NCBI RefSeq assembly: GCF_018977255.1
Contig: NW_024704742.1
Span: 11,906,001-11,970,000, forward strand
Direction of reading: 5' to 3'
Length of the DNA stretch: 64,000 nt
DNA from: Callorhinchus milii
Lineage: Eukaryota
A program made the position numbers and the translations under genes. Of the stretch, positions 12,413 to 26,499 are shown in pieces (position 1 is the first letter of the stretch; every line of letters starts with the position of its first letter). Under the pieces are notes generated by a model that saw only the letters and a program-made list of their open reading frames with translations, did no database searches and was not told where the DNA came from.

Positions 12413-12648
12413 GGTTTAGGAATTTGGAATGATCTGCCTGAAAGGGTAGTGAAGTCCGATTCGATAACAGCTTTTAAGAGAGAACTGGATAGGTATCTGG
12501 GGAAGATGGGTTTGCAGGGTTATGGGGAGAAAGCTGGTGATTGGGGTTAGTGAAAGTGATTTGCTCTGTCAAAGAGCCGCACAGACTCAATGGGCCGAAT
12601 GGCCTCCTTCTGTGCCGTAACATTCTACAAATCTATGAATCTATGAAT
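12413..12648 (+). mobile_element. CR1 3' end (same family as 8503-10008, opposite orientation)
   Basis: Near reverse complement of 8503-8735. Confidence 0.88.
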
Positions 12649-13679
12649 ACTACAATTTCCTACAAGTCTTTTTTAATCCTGATGCCAAAGGCCATGGTGA
12701 AGGGTGCCACCAAGAGGAGCTGATGATATCTTGCTGAAATAGGGAGGAGAGAAGAAAATCAGCCAGTGATCTTGCCCTGGCTCACTTCCCATTGACGTTT
12801 ACTCATAACCCAGGCTTGTCAGATGGCCTAAAGGTTAATGCTCCCTAACTTTGTGAAGTTTTGATCTGTCACCTCGCAAACCACCGCTTGAAACATAGCA
12901 TCACGTACCCATGTGCTCTTGATTTATCCCATCATCTGCAGCCTACTTTTACAATCTTAACCAGTGGCCAAGATGAAATCAATTGCCAACCCTGGCTGTC
13001 CAGTCTGTGACATGAAGGATAGTCACTTTGGCGAGAGAGGCACCTGCATCTGACACTGTACCACTCTCTTCCTTCAGGGAAAGAGATGTAAGAGGAAAGA
13101 ATTGGAAGATAAAGAAACACACACCCACATGAGGAAAAATAGCACATAAAAATTTATATATTTTTAAATATTGCTCCTTCTAATTTGTGCTTTTGAAGAC
13201 AAAAAGCATACAATATACAGCAGTGCCTTTCCAAAGCCTTCAGCAGATGATGCATTCATTAATGAATGGTGAATTAGCTTACAGACTACTTTCAATAAAA
13301 TAACAAATTATGTACACGATGCTATGCTTTAGCTATATTAATTTACAGGCATGAATATTAACCACCGGTTAAAAACAATATTTTCCTACGCTCATTTTAT
13401 ATGAATGGTTCCAACACTGGTGCTAAATGAATTGCTAAGCAAGTTTTTTGCCTTAATTTCCCTGAGATCAGCCTAGGGTACAACAGCCCCTTTCTACCTC
13501 AAGAATTTTTTTTTCGTATGAAAAAAAGCTTTTTAGAAAACTTTCTGTGCAATTATCTACAATTTTATATTTTGAAGTATACACTCGCTGCTGTAATTTG
13601 AGATATACAGGCAGAGCAAGCTGATGGGCTGTGGACTTGATGGACTGATTGACCTATTTCTGTGCTGACCTGTTCTAAG

Positions 13680-13940
13680 TGCGGAAGCCAATTGCCACAG
13701 CAGTGTCCCACAAACAGTCGTGGATTGAGTGACCAATTTATTGTTATTTATTTTGAAGGAATTATTACCCCCGGAAAAGCAATCCGCTAATCGACTAACA
13801 ACCGGGTTCCTACTTATTGCTCAGTAAACAGAGGCATGTGTAATGAGGAAACTTGCCCAAAGTTTTGCCCTGCCGGGAATCTAACCCAGGTCTTCTTGTT
13901 TGCAAGGCAAGTGCTCTAACCATTAGGCTACGGGACTCCA
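13680..13940 (-). mobile_element. tRNA-SINE, 3' part missing
   Basis: Homology to the young SINE consensus. Confidence 0.8.
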
Positions 13941-14074
13941 CGATATGCCGGTGATACCTTCTTTAATCACAATCAAACTCGAAGAGATGAACTGGAACAT
14001 GTGTAGTTGGCACTGGCAGGATCACTGGACTCATTTAAGAAAAAAACAGCTTGATGCTGTGATGGGTCCCACCA

Positions 14075-14340
14075 GAGACTGAAAGGATTTGAACACGAGT
14101 GTGAGGATCTTGAAGTCATCCATTTGGTGATGGGGAGCCAGGGGAGCCTGACCAGAACTGTTGAGATGGGGGAACAGAGTTTGGTCTGGGTCAGTATGCA
14201 GGCGGCAGAGTTTTGAATTAGCTGGATATTTTTGAATAGTGGAGCTAGGGAGACTGGCGAGAAGTGTGTTTGAGTAATCCAGGTGGGAGGTGACAAACAC
14301 ATACAGGAGCATATGGAATAAGGAAAGGCCCTGAGTCCTA
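14075..14340 (-). mobile_element. Old L2 fragment
   Basis: FVTSHLDYSN, QLIQNSAA, DFKILTLVFKS in ORFs 13973-14345. Confidence 0.8.
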
Positions 14341-15199
14341 TCCAATTTATATTATATTTATATTCCTGTGAAGCGCTTTGAGATGTCTCAACAAATATGA
14401 TTAGGCACTATATCAAATCCAAAGATGATGATTGCTATTATGGTTATTCTTATGGGCATTCCTTAAAATTATTATTACTTAAGGGAGGTACATAATCATA
14501 TCTAAATTTTACTTCTGATGCCACCCGAACAAAATTGAGCAAATAGACTAAGATTAAAAAATGTATTCCAGTTAATTCTCATCAGTTGCAGTTCACACAC
14601 ATGATTCTCTTCTCCTGAAGCACAGAACCTTGACACACAGAGGAGTGAAAATGTGATATTCAGTGTCATGATTATCACTGGTGATAATTAACACATTGCT
14701 GAAAAGTATGATCCAAGCCTACCTTCATCTGTTGACAGGTTTGAGAGTAAACACCTGTCCCCTCTTCAGCACAGTGGTCTGTCCTGAAGCTAAACAGTCT
14801 TTGTGTTGCAGCATTTTTTGCCTCCTGTATTTAATCACACTTTGTGGAATAACTTTAATAAGAATTAGGCCAATTTTCCATGCTCAGGGACCGAAAGGCT
14901 CTGATCACAGGCAGCAAAGACAATGAGCATTGCCTTTATAACTGAGCCATCGGCATCAATGCAATTTTACTTATATTAAAATTAAATCTGTCACTACACA
15001 TTACATCGCTATCATTTTATTTTATCTGACGCAGAGTGCTCGAACACATCAGATATTGCATTAGAAGGGATTTGAATGTGGTCCAACTAAGATTTTTGCT
15101 GTGAACTCGTTTTTACCAGGAACTGAACTAACTCAAACAAACATTCTGCAAACCCCCTCTCCTCCCACGGTCAACAAAATAATGTAATCATCACCTATT

Positions 15200-15600
15200 C
15201 CTTGCCAAGATTTAAAAGATAGTAGGCATAAGTGAATGGCAGTGTGAATGGCAATGTCTTATAACCTGCAATAAAGAGGGTGTTTTGAAGCTCTTTGGCG
15301 TGGGTAAAAAGGACAGGCAGTCAGAGGTAGATTTTTGAAAAGGTTCTGAAAGCAGAGAGGAAGTTTGAGAGGTGCAGGGATTTTGGAAGGAAAGTTCTGA
15401 ATAGCGGTGGTGAAGTGGCTGAAAGCTTAGCCAGACAAGTGTTGCAGCAGAGATTGTAGAGCAGGCCGTAGTAAGCAGAACAGAGGTAGTGGGACTGCAG
15501 GAGATGACAGAGGTAGGGTGGGATAAGCACAAGGAGCATTTAAAAGTATGAATAAGAATTTAGAAGTCGATCTGCTTGGGATAAGGAGCCTGTGGAGATT
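15200..15600 (-). mobile_element. Highly decayed L2 3' fragment
   Basis: Weak similarity to L2 ORF2 C-terminus. Confidence 0.5.
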
Positions 15601-15609
15601 GTTGATGAG

Positions 15610-16330
15610 GGGGCTCAGTTGGATAAATGGTTACACTCTCATTTCTGAGTCAGAAGGTTGTGGGTTCAAGTTGAGAGGACCTGGGTTTGAAGCCCGGGCA
15701 CGGCGAAACATGAGGCAAGTTCCCTTACTCCACACCTCTCTGTTTCACTCGTAATAAGAAACCCGGTTGTTAGTCGATTGGCGGATCGGTTTTCCGGGTG
15801 TATTAATGCCTTAAATTTTTAAAAAAATAATAATTTGGTCACTCATCTATGACTGTTTGTGGGACACTGCTGTCCGCAATTGGCTACTGCATTTCGATCA
15901 CAAAACATACAGTTAATTCACTTTATGGTATTTTATGTGAAGTGCTTTGAGACATCTCGAAGCCAAGATAAGTTGCTGTATCAATGCAAGGATTATTGTA
16001 TATTATTATTGGAGTGTTTGGGGTATGTTTCATTGTCATAGGTGCCACCCTTTGGATGAGATATTAAACCAAGGTCCCATTTTCCTGTTCAGGTGTGTGA
16101 CATTAAAGATACCATGACACTGCTTCCCCAGTGTTCTGGTCAACAATCCCCCAAATAAAAATTGGTCATTTGTTTCATGGCAGTTTGTGGGACATTATTA
16201 TGTGCAATTGTGCTGGTGCATTTTCCATATATATAATAGTTACTTGTTTCACAGGAAATCCTGTGAAGTGCTTTGAGACATCTCAAAGACGTGATAAGGC
16301 GCTATATAAAATGCAGGGATTATATTACAA
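15610..16330 (+). mobile_element. Old Deu-SINE interrupted by young tRNA-SINE (about 15672-16010)
   Basis: Old head ctgagtcagaaggttgtgggttcaag, then young SINE body and tail, then the Deu domain resumes (ggtgccaccctttggatgagatattaaacc). Confidence 0.75.
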
Positions 16331-18437
16331 TTTTGTATCAAAAGGGACCCATCTGTTCAAGCAGACATTATGGGTCTAAATTCAGGATCTTGTTTTTGTA
16401 TTTGTAAGATTAACCAGAATTGTGTCAGAATTCCTGTTCCCTCCGCAGGAACTCTGTTCCATAGGTGGATTGTGATGGAAATTAGTTTGCACAGTGCTGT
16501 GTGACATATTTCCATTCACCATAAATTCATCACCAAGAAATCTTCTTATGTTACAGTATATCACAAATTGTTACCTAATGAGGAGTATCCTTCAAAAGCA
16601 GGTCATTTACACAGAGTGGGAAGAATAATAGGGACTGCCGGATTACAGTTGTAGTCAGCCAATTTTCACTGAAAACCGATTTTCTAAAAAACATGACACA
16701 AAGTATGGGAGGATGGGGGAGGAGAAAATAATGAGGACTTGTCAGCTTCTTCCTCTGAGAGAAACTTGACAGCACAACATAGAATTAATTTTCAGATAGT
16801 ACCTGTGTGACAGATCCACTGACTTGCTGAACCAACGATTTCACATCAGCAAAAACTGACTGTCAGTAAACTGCTTCATACTAACAATCTCAAGTGATGA
16901 GGAATTTGTATAACATTAGCAGCCAATAAGACTGTAGCAAGGCTGAGCGTCTCAACCTCCATGACATGAACTGCATTACAAACATCACTGATCTCTTTAA
17001 TTTTTGACTTTGATGGCTGATAAATTCAGCATTAATTCATTTGAACCCATTCAAGTATAAATTTGATAACAGCATTTGAATCTTATTTTGGAAAGTGATC
17101 TGCTCAAGTCTTGGAAGATAGTGCACTTTCATTAAGCTGCAGATTCCATTGTGTAACCTATTTAAAACACAATATCAGAAATAAAATCCAATTTCATTTT
17201 CTCGAAGAATTCCTATAATGTCTGTGTGTGTGGAAAGAGATTTAGTCTCTTGTCACTCACATTGACAAATTTCACTCATTAAATTTTGTTCATGTCATAT
17301 ACAAAGACTTTGGTTTAAATCACAACCAGTTTGAATTATTTCATGATATGTTGATGAAAAACTGAAAGAGCATTGCTGGAAAAGTTTAGAAAGATTGTAA
17401 GTAAACACCATCAAATGTGAGTGTCCTTGAAGGATTGGATTGTTGGTTCATTGTGTTAGGGGCAAATTAAGCAGGCAGCTGTCGCACAGAATTTAGCTAA
17501 TTGAGATTATATGTTGTGGAAAAACATCTGCCCGGAGCTATTTACATCTGCCTATAAACAACTGAAAATAGTTATCCCAATAATTGTCTGGTTGGTTACA
17601 ACTGTTGTAGATACAATGCTAGTTCATATCTACCTAGGGAGTCTGTATATTTCAGCTGGAAAGCTTATAAGTGATATGAAGCATTCTGAACAACACTTTT
17701 AGGTGGAAGATGTTCAGGATAAAATGTAAGAATGAATTTCCACAGGGTTGTCCTGACAGTTGACTGAAAACCCGCGATAAAGATGAAACTGCAAAATTGT
17801 AACTTTCACCCCTATAATTACCTCAAGAAAAATTATATCCCCATAGGACAATATTATAAGCTACTTAATTGCTCGCAGTATTTCTATATGATCTATAGAA
17901 GCTATTACATTTCCTTGTAACAGTCATAGAAATAAATCACAATATCACTGCAATATCAACTCATATGATTTCATCATAGGATGTACTCTCGGCCCCTCAT
18001 TGTAGGAGCTATTCTGCTCTGTTCACTAGATGTAACTGAGTTGTTAGTGTGATATGAGCTATTTCATTCAGTAAATTTATCATTGTGTACTTATAAATAA
18101 TTGTAATTATATTTTACATGTAAAATTTTAAATAGTCTGTAATTCAAATGTTATTATTATACTTATTCATAAGCGCTCAATGACATTTCTATCAGCTAAG
18201 GGAACAGAGGAGAATAGAATAATAGATACAATAATAATATATAATATAATAATAAATAAAATGATAGGCATTGAGAAATTTGTCACATTTAAGGAAAGCA
18301 AAATAATATTCAGTTCAATGTGTTGCTTTCTTGTAATACTTGAAACCATATGATAGCCCACATCTTTGAATATCTTGTAAATGCCTACTTTGTGGAACAG
18401 AGGAAAGTAGCGCCATAGGCATTGAGAAATTTGCTGC

Positions 18438-18771
18438 GGAGTCCTGTAGCCTCGCCTCGCAAATGAGTGACCTGGGTTTGATTCCTGGCAGTGTAAAAAA
18501 TCCACATGGGTCTGTTTACCGAGCAGTAAGTAAGAACCTGGTTGCTAATCAACTGATGGATCGCTTTTCTGAGGGTAATAATCCCTTCAAAAATAATAAT
18601 TTAGTCACTCAATCTACAACTGTTTGTGGGGCACTGTTGTGTGCAGTTGGCTGCTATGTTTCGCCCACAAAATATACGTCAATTCACTTTACAGTATATT
18701 CTGTGAATCGCTTTGAGATGTTTCAACAAAGTGATAAAGCGCTATATCAAAATGAAAAGATTTATTATTAT
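18438..18771 (+). mobile_element. tRNA-SINE
   Basis: ggagtcctgtagc head to gctatatcaaaatgaaaagatttattatt tail. Confidence 0.85.
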
Positions 18772-19994
18772 TTGCAATTCATGTTAGTGGAACATTCACA
18801 TGTTCTAGAAGCTGAAGGATTGGTTTGGGGGTTGGGGTCCTTTCTGACTTGCCTGACAGCCCCAGGTGGTTGGGGTGACCAGTAGCAAGTGGTTAATGAA
18901 GAATGGTCTTGTCCCTGAGAGCTTGGCATTCTCCTCAGTTACATTCAGAGGCCAAACTTCGCACTTTTAATTGTGATATTTTCTAGTTATTTCACTCTGA
19001 TATTTGCTGTATGTGTATTGTATATATTTCCTAAATATACCAGCTGTAAAAAAAGTTAATATATGCTACTTTGTTTAAATATTTTACAAAACCAGCAGAT
19101 CTCGGAGCTTACAACAACAACTTGCAATTATATATCGCTCTTCATGCTGGATGGTGTCTCGGAGCGCTTAATATCCTGGGATACAAAATATCCTGTGTGA
19201 ATTCAATGTTTTCACCTATATTATAAAGCTTTTTTATAATAAAGGTGCTTATTATGAGGGTGTTAAGTGTTCTGTGTGGTTTCCACTTGATAGACATTCA
19301 ATTTATTTCAGACTCAGCAACTATGTTGCAGGATTTTCATTTGGTGCAATTGAAACTGACAGATCATTAAGATGATATCAGAATCGAATGAAGCTTTTTC
19401 CAGCTTGGAACAAAATGTTTTGTCATTGCAACAAAATGCTGTTTTCTGAAATGTTTCATGGTGATCATGAGGACAGAGACCTTAAATGTATCACCTTTTT
19501 ACTGGTTTACTTGTGAACGTATCCCTGTCAGAAAGTAATATCTAACAAGATAACAGGGACAACAGTATGAAAGAAAAATGTGCAAATGATTCCCTTCAAA
19601 CACTAAATGCCTGATCAAATGAGAAAATAGCATTTTTGATGTTAAGTTTAACACATATTACATCTCTAAATGCCAAATGTGAGAAACAAAGCTTAATGAG
19701 TAATGAGTATTTCACTCTCTGGAAACAACCAATGAATTATCCGAGCCTTAGAAACAACACTCAGAAAGTCTGAGAATAAATGTTTGGTGGTGGTGAGAAT
19801 TTGTGGAATAACCTGCTCCATGGCAACACTGCAAAAGCTTCAAAAATGACAACGCAGAGGCAACATGTGGCAGCATGTGATAGAAAGTATCAACGTTGTG
19901 GATGATTGGCAACAAGGTCTTGAAGAAACTTCACAAAGAAAAAGCGCAAGGTAGAGCATGATCCTATTGTGGAGTACACTCGAAAAAGACAGGA

Positions 19995-20810
19995 GGTAGG
20001 GAGCCAGTGGAGCTTGTGGAGGATTGGGGTGATGGGCATGCAGAGTTTGGTGTAGTTGAGGATATGGGTGGAGTTCTACATGATCTGGTGGTGGAACAGA
20101 ATTTGAGAAATCAAGATGGGACGTGACAAAGGGATTTTGGTGGCATTTGGTGTGAAATAGGGCCCTCGGGCAATGTGGTGGAAGTGGAGGCAAGCAGCCC
20201 TGGTCAGGAACTAAATGTAATAATAATCCTTGCATTTGATATAGTGCCTTACCACGTCTTCAAGACATCTCAAAGCGCTTCACAGAATATACTGTAAAGC
20301 GAATTGACTGTATATTTTGTGGGCGAAACACAGCAGCCAACAGCAGTGTCCCACAATCAGTCATGGATTATTACCTCAGGAAAAGGGATCCGCCAATCGA
20401 CTAACAACCGGGTTCCTACTTACCGCTAGGTAAACAGAGGCATGTGGAGTAAGGAAATGTTCCACCCTGCCAGGAATCAAACCGAGGTTTCTCATTGGTG
20501 AGGTGAGTGCTCTAAGAGCCCGATGATTAGGGTGATGGGTATGCAGAATTTGGTGTAGGTGAGGATATGGGTGGAACTGAATTTGAAAAATCAAGATGGG
20601 AGGTGACAAAAGGGTTTTGGCGGCATTTAGTATAAAATAGTGGAGGAAAGCAGTCCTGGTCAGGGACCAAATGTAGGGTAACCTGAGGATTGAACTGGAT
20701 GCCAAGGTTGCACACTGGTTTAACTTTTAGAAAGAAGCTGGGGAGATTGAGGAGGTGGGAGTCATAGGTGAGGAAACATTATCGGGAGCTGAGGAGGAAG
20801 GCTTCCTGCT
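19995..20810 (-). mobile_element. Old L2 fragment, locally duplicated around a tRNA-SINE (20220-20515, minus)
   Basis: FVTSHLDFSN appears twice (ORFs 19840-20235 and 20527-20715); SINE between the copies. Confidence 0.8.
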
Positions 20811-20911
20811 TCCATCACTGTATTCCTACACAGAAGAGACCTGGAATGACAAAGGTTTTTTAAAGACTATTGTTTCACTGGGTCTACGAAACTCGATTCA
20901 CACCAAGGTGT

Positions 20912-23900
20912 GAACATAAGAACATAAGAATTAGGAGCAGGAGTAGGCCATTCGACCCCTCAAGCCTGCCACACCATTCGATAAGTTCATGGCTGATCTT
21001 CAGACCTAACTCTAATTACTTGCCCTATCCCCATATCCCCTAATCCCTCTTTTTAAAAAATCTATCAGTCTCAGCATTGAAGATGTTCAAGAACTGAGCA
21101 TCTACAGCCTTCTGGGGTAGTGAATTCACTACCCTCTGAGTGAAGAAATGTTTCCTCAACTCTGTTCTAAAAGGCTGATCCTTAATTTTAAGACAGTGTC
21201 CCCTGGTTATAGATTCTCCTACCAGGGGAAACAGACCCTCAGTGTCTACTTTATCCAACCCTTTAAGAATCTTATATGTTTGAATAAGATCCCCCCTAAT
21301 TCTTCTGTACTCTAGAGAATACAGCCCTAGTTTATTCAGTCTATCCTCATGGGTCAGTCCCTTCATCCCAGGAACTAACCTCGTGAATCTACGCTGCACC
21401 CCCTCTAGGGCAAGTATGTCCTTTTTTAAATAAGGAGACGAAAACTGCACACAATACTCTAGGTGTGGTCTCACCAAGGCCCTATACAGTTGCAGCAAGA
21501 CTTCCCTACTCTTGTACTCTAAACCTTTTGCAATGAACGCTAACATGCCGTTCGCCTTCTTAGTTGCTTGCTGCACCTGCAAACTAACTTTTTGAGACTG
21601 GTGTACAAGGACACCCAAATCCCTCTGCACACTAACACTATCTAATCTCTCCCCCTCTAGAAAATAATCTGTGTTTCTATTTTTTCTACCTAGGTAAATA
21701 ACTTCACATTTCCTCACATTAAATTCCATCTGCCACCTACTCGCCCACTCCCCGAGCCTATCTATATCCCGTTGCAATCTTTTTGCATCATCCTCAGAGA
21801 TTACTCTCCCACCTAGTTTAGTGTCATCCGCGAATTTAGATACATTACATTCAACGTCCTCGTCTAGATCATTGATGTAAATTGTAAATAGCTGAGGCCC
21901 AAGCACTGATCCTTGTGGCACTCCACTAGTCACATCCTGCCAATTCGAGAATTACCCGTTTATCCCTATTCTCTGTTTTCTACCTGTTAGTCACTCTTCA
22001 ATCCATGCTAATATGTTCCCATTAATCCCATGGGCCTTAACCTTGTGCAATAGCCTTTTGTGTGGCACTTTGTCAAATGACTTTTTAAAATCTAAATATA
22101 TTACACCTACCGGTTCCCCCCTATCTAACCTGCTAGAAACATCTTCAAAAAAACTCTAAAAGATTAGTTAAGCATGACTTCCCTTTTGTAAAGCCATGTT
22201 GACTCTGCCTAATCTTGTTATGGCCTTCCAGGAACCCCATAACGACATCCTTAATTAAGGACTGAAGAATTTTCCCTACCACTGAAGTCAGACTAACTGG
22301 TCTATAGTTGCCCATCTTTTCTCTCCCACCCTTCTTAAATAGTGGTGTCACGTTTGCAATCTTCCAATCAATGGGAACCGTTCCAGAATCCAGAGAATTT
22401 TGGAAGATCAAAGACAAGCCATCCACTCTCTCAGTAGCCACCTCTTTTAAAACCCTAGGATGTAGGCCATCAGGTCCAGGAGATTTATCAGTTTTAAGAC
22501 CTGATAATTTACCAAAAACCATTTATTTACTAATATTAATTCCTCCAAGTTGCCCGCTAACATTTTCTTCTTGGTTCCCCTCTATTCTTGGTAGGTTTTC
22601 AGTATCTTTTAAGGTGAAGACAACAACAACAAGATTCCATTTATAGAGCGCCTTTCACGTCCGGAGGACGTCCCAAGGCGCTGGACAGTTGGGTCAGGAC
22701 CCGAGCAGGGAGGAAATGATTAGGGTGAGGGGAGGAAAGGGAGGGAGCGAGGAGGGGGTAGAAAATTGAGAGGGGAGCTGAAGGCATGGTCAAAGAGAAG
22801 ACAATAGTAAAGTACTTGTTTAATGACTCTGCCATGTCTTTGTCCCCTACTATAATTCCCCCTGTCTCTGCCTGTAGCAGACCCACATTTAGCCTTGACA
22901 GCCTCTTCCTCTTTATATATTTATAAAAACTCTTGCAGTCTGTCTTTATGTTCCTTGCTAGTTTGCCCTCATATTCCATTTTCTTCCTCTTAATCACTTT
23001 TTCGGTTCTCCTTTGTTGATCCCTAAAGTTCTCCCAATCTTCGGGTTTACTACTCATCTTAGCTGTTTTATAGGCTTCTTCCTTTAACTTTATACTTTCC
23101 CTAACTGCTCCAGTTAGCCACGGTTGGGCCACCTTTCCCGTGGCATTCTTATTCCTCAAAGGAATACGTGCTCGCTGGGAATTTTCCTTAAACGTCTGCC
23201 ATTGCTGGTCTACTGGCAAATCCTTAAGTCTAATTTCCCAGTTTATTTTGGCTAAATCCTCTCTCATACCAGCAAAATTGGCTCTTCTTCAATTTAAAAC
23301 TTTTGCTTCGGACTTACCTAACTTAACTTAACTCTCTCTAACTTATTGCTAAATTCCATCATATTATGATCACTTTGCCCTAGAGGAGCCTTAATTTCCA
23401 GTTTGCTGATCAGCTCTGCTTCATTGCACAAAACAAGGTCTAATATGGCCTTTTCCCTGGTTGGCTCCTCGACATACTGATCTAGATAATTATCCCTAAT
23501 ACATTCCATAAACTCTTCCTCTATCATACTTTTCCCAATTTGGTTGTCCCAATCTATGTGCAGATTAAAATCACCCACAATTAATGCTTTTCCTTTACTA
23601 CATGCTCTGCTAATTTCCTGATTTATACCTTGAGAGATACTGTGACTGCTGTTCGGGGGTCTATAAACTACTTCCACTAGAGTTTTCTGCCCCTTGTTGT
23701 TACGTACCTCTACCCATACTGACTCTACTTCCTGCTTTTCTGATTTAAAATTTTTCCTCTCTACTGCTTTTATCCCATCCTTTATTAGCAGGGCCACCTC
23801 CCCTCCTCGTTTATCACATTGCCTATCTTTCCTATACACCACGTACCCTGGAATATTTAGCTCCCACCCTTGATCTCCCTGTAACCATGTCTCGGTGATA

Positions 23901-24270
23901 GCTACCAGATCATACCTGTTTGTTTCTATTTGTGCATTTAACTCATCTATCTTGTTTCGAATGCTTCGCGCATTCAGATATAGCATCTTTAATTCTGACT
24001 TCGGGCTATTAGTCATATTCACCAGTACCGTATCCCTGGGTTTCCTTTCCCTGCTTGACACCCTTTGCTCATCTCCCTGGTTAATCTGCTCTCCCACTTT
24101 CATCGGTCCTAATTTTAATTGTAACATGTGATTGAATTTACCCCCCCACCCCTTCAGCAGTTTAAAGCCCAGTCTACCACCCTATTTATTCATGTTGCCA
24201 GGAAATTTGTCCCAGCCCTGTTCAGGTGGAGTCCATTCCTTTGGAATAGCTCCTGTCTTGCCCAATACAT
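20912..24270 (-). mobile_element. CR1 (HER1-like) LINE: nearly complete ORF2 (APE+RT) plus end of ORF1 esterase
   Basis: LNARSIRNK, AITETWL, VGDFN, SDH (ORF 23318-24127); KSPGPDGLHP, SQHGF (22145-22522); RT (21040-21933); ORF1 remnant RNGLHLNRAGTNFL; (aacataag)n tail. Confidence 0.93.
22621..22800 (-). mobile_element. Young L2 3' end inserted in CR1
   Basis: Reverse complement of the 44415-44597 type; approximate TSD GAAGACAA (22616-22623, 22797-22804). Confidence 0.88.
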
Positions 24271-24991
24271 CTTCCTCACAGACTTCCTTGTCCATACAGG
24301 TTGTAAGTATTTCATACCTGTTGTTATAATAACGTTAGTGTGGTTACAGAAATGCTCCTGTAAATAAAACAACAATTTGGATTTATATACAGTAGCTCCC
24401 TTCCAATAGAGTAACATCTTGGAGTGCTTCATAGGGACAGAATGGAACAACGAACAAGGGAAGAGGGTACAGGTGCATTCAAGAGGTAAAATTTAAACTT
24501 GATTTTAACGAGGTAGAGTGGTACGAGGAGGAGGGATTAGAATGGGTGATGTGGAGTTATAAACATCAGCATGGACCATTTAGGCAAAATGGCCTTCAGC
24601 GCTTTGGGACGTCCTCCCGTCGTGAAAGGTGCTCTATAAATATAATTTTGTTGTTGTTGTTTTGGAGCTCAAGAGAAGCAATAGTAATAATAATCCTTAC
24701 ATTTGGTATAGCACATTTCATGTCAGAAGTATGTCTCAAAGTATTTGAAGAGAGTAGTACTGTAAAGTGGGGTGACTTTTTTGTGGGTGAATACTTTTTG
24801 ATACTGGTTGCAACTAGAATTAGTAGCTGGAATCATAGGAACATTTGCTAAAGTTCAAGCTAGACAAATATGTTAGCTCATGACAGCTTTTAAGACCTTT
24901 GGTGACCTAAAATGTTAAGATTGGGAAGAACGGTGAGAAATTGTTAAATTTAGCCTTAATTTGGAAACTTGAATTTAAAACTACCAGTTTC

Positions 24992-25285
24992 CAACAACAA
25001 CAAACTACATTTGTATAGCACCTTTCATGTCATGAGGATGTCTCAAGGTGCTGGACAGTCAGGGATCCGCACTCGAGCTGGTGGCTGGGATCAAGAGGGA
25101 TGGAGGGCAGGGAGGGTAGGGGTAGAAGGGTGACCGAAGGCGTGGTCAAAGAGGAGGGTCTTGAGACAGGTCTTGAAGGAGGCAAGGGAGGGGCCTAGGT
25201 GGAAGGACGGTGGGATGGAGTTCCAGACGGTGGGGGCAGAGAGGCTGAAGGCCCATCCACCAATGGGCAAGGCAGGGGACATTTC
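24992..25285 (-). mobile_element. L2 3' fragment
   Basis: IGGWAFSLSAPTVWNSIP...FKTCLKTLLF. Confidence 0.85.
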
Positions 25286-26499
25286 CATTGTGAGACTGAA
25301 CTTAATTATTGTCCTGAAATCTGTGCCATCTGAAAGATTAAGATAAAATGATCTTGCAGGTTAACACGATGGAAATTCAGACATGTTGTGTCTCAATAAT
25401 CAACTCCATCATCATTACTTTTATGTTCAGAGGCAAAATTGGCGAATAGCAGAGAGGGCAACAGAGGCTTAATGTGACAGGCTCTTCAGTCTTCAGTCTT
25501 AAAAGGGCACCTTATCGAGGTATGATTTGCAGAAAAAGGATAGTTATTTTACTAAATAATAGGTTTTAATAATAGCTGAGAGTGATGTCTGAAGAAGATC
25601 AGAAGAAATAGATTTAATGTTATCTGTGAACAGTTTATAATCAGTTGTGCGGACACTGAAATAACTTATTCTTTATCATACGACTGCTTCATATTAGGAA
25701 CAGTTTATATCAGATGGTTTAAAAATAACTAAAAACATCAATTTAGGCAATTCACTGGCTCCTAATTCATATGCAAATTAAATAAATTTGTTCTACTGGG
25801 TCTCTGATCATTGGAAGCACAGTCCTGATTAACCCTTCCTCCAATTAAAATCAAGTTAAAACATTTCCAGGCAGGACTGTTAATATGTAACCATCAGCGC
25901 CTTGCTTAGCTTCCATCCATCATCCTCTGGGTCTCTGTGTAATGCATTATCTTTAAGGTGGTAGTATTGAATTAGAAATTACTTCTCTGTTAGAAAATTA
26001 TACTTTTGTCATTTAATTCTTGCCATCATATTATTAATTCAGAGAGAGGGAGAGAGATAACTTTAGTGCTGTTTCGAGTGATAGTGTTATGTAGTCTCTG
26101 CACATTTTGCAGTGAGCTGATGCCAATCACCCTCCAAGATACTCCGCATTCAGAGCTGCCAGCTGTTTGGCAGTTTGGTGAAGGCTGCTTCAATTCAATC
26201 AATGGCTGCAGGCCACTTTAGGTGAAAGCCAGATGCTCAAATTGAGTTCTAAGAGATGCAACTTTTTACTTCTAGAAAGAACCATCCAAAAATGCTCGAG
26301 GAATCACGCCTTATCAGTGGTAGGTCACAGGAATTGTTATTTCTCATTTATTGTTTCCACTTTTCACTCACAAATATCTAGCCTGAAGATAATGCCTGTA
26401 TCTACTGAAACACTTAGCTTACTGCAGGGAATAAATAATATATTTCCATTTCATATTCCACCTTACCACTTAGAAGGGCAATTCTGGTTATTGATGTCA

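Noticed and set aside
12932..13147. Minus-strand acceptor-like tract and ORF
   Set aside because: No convincing donor and no recognisable protein.
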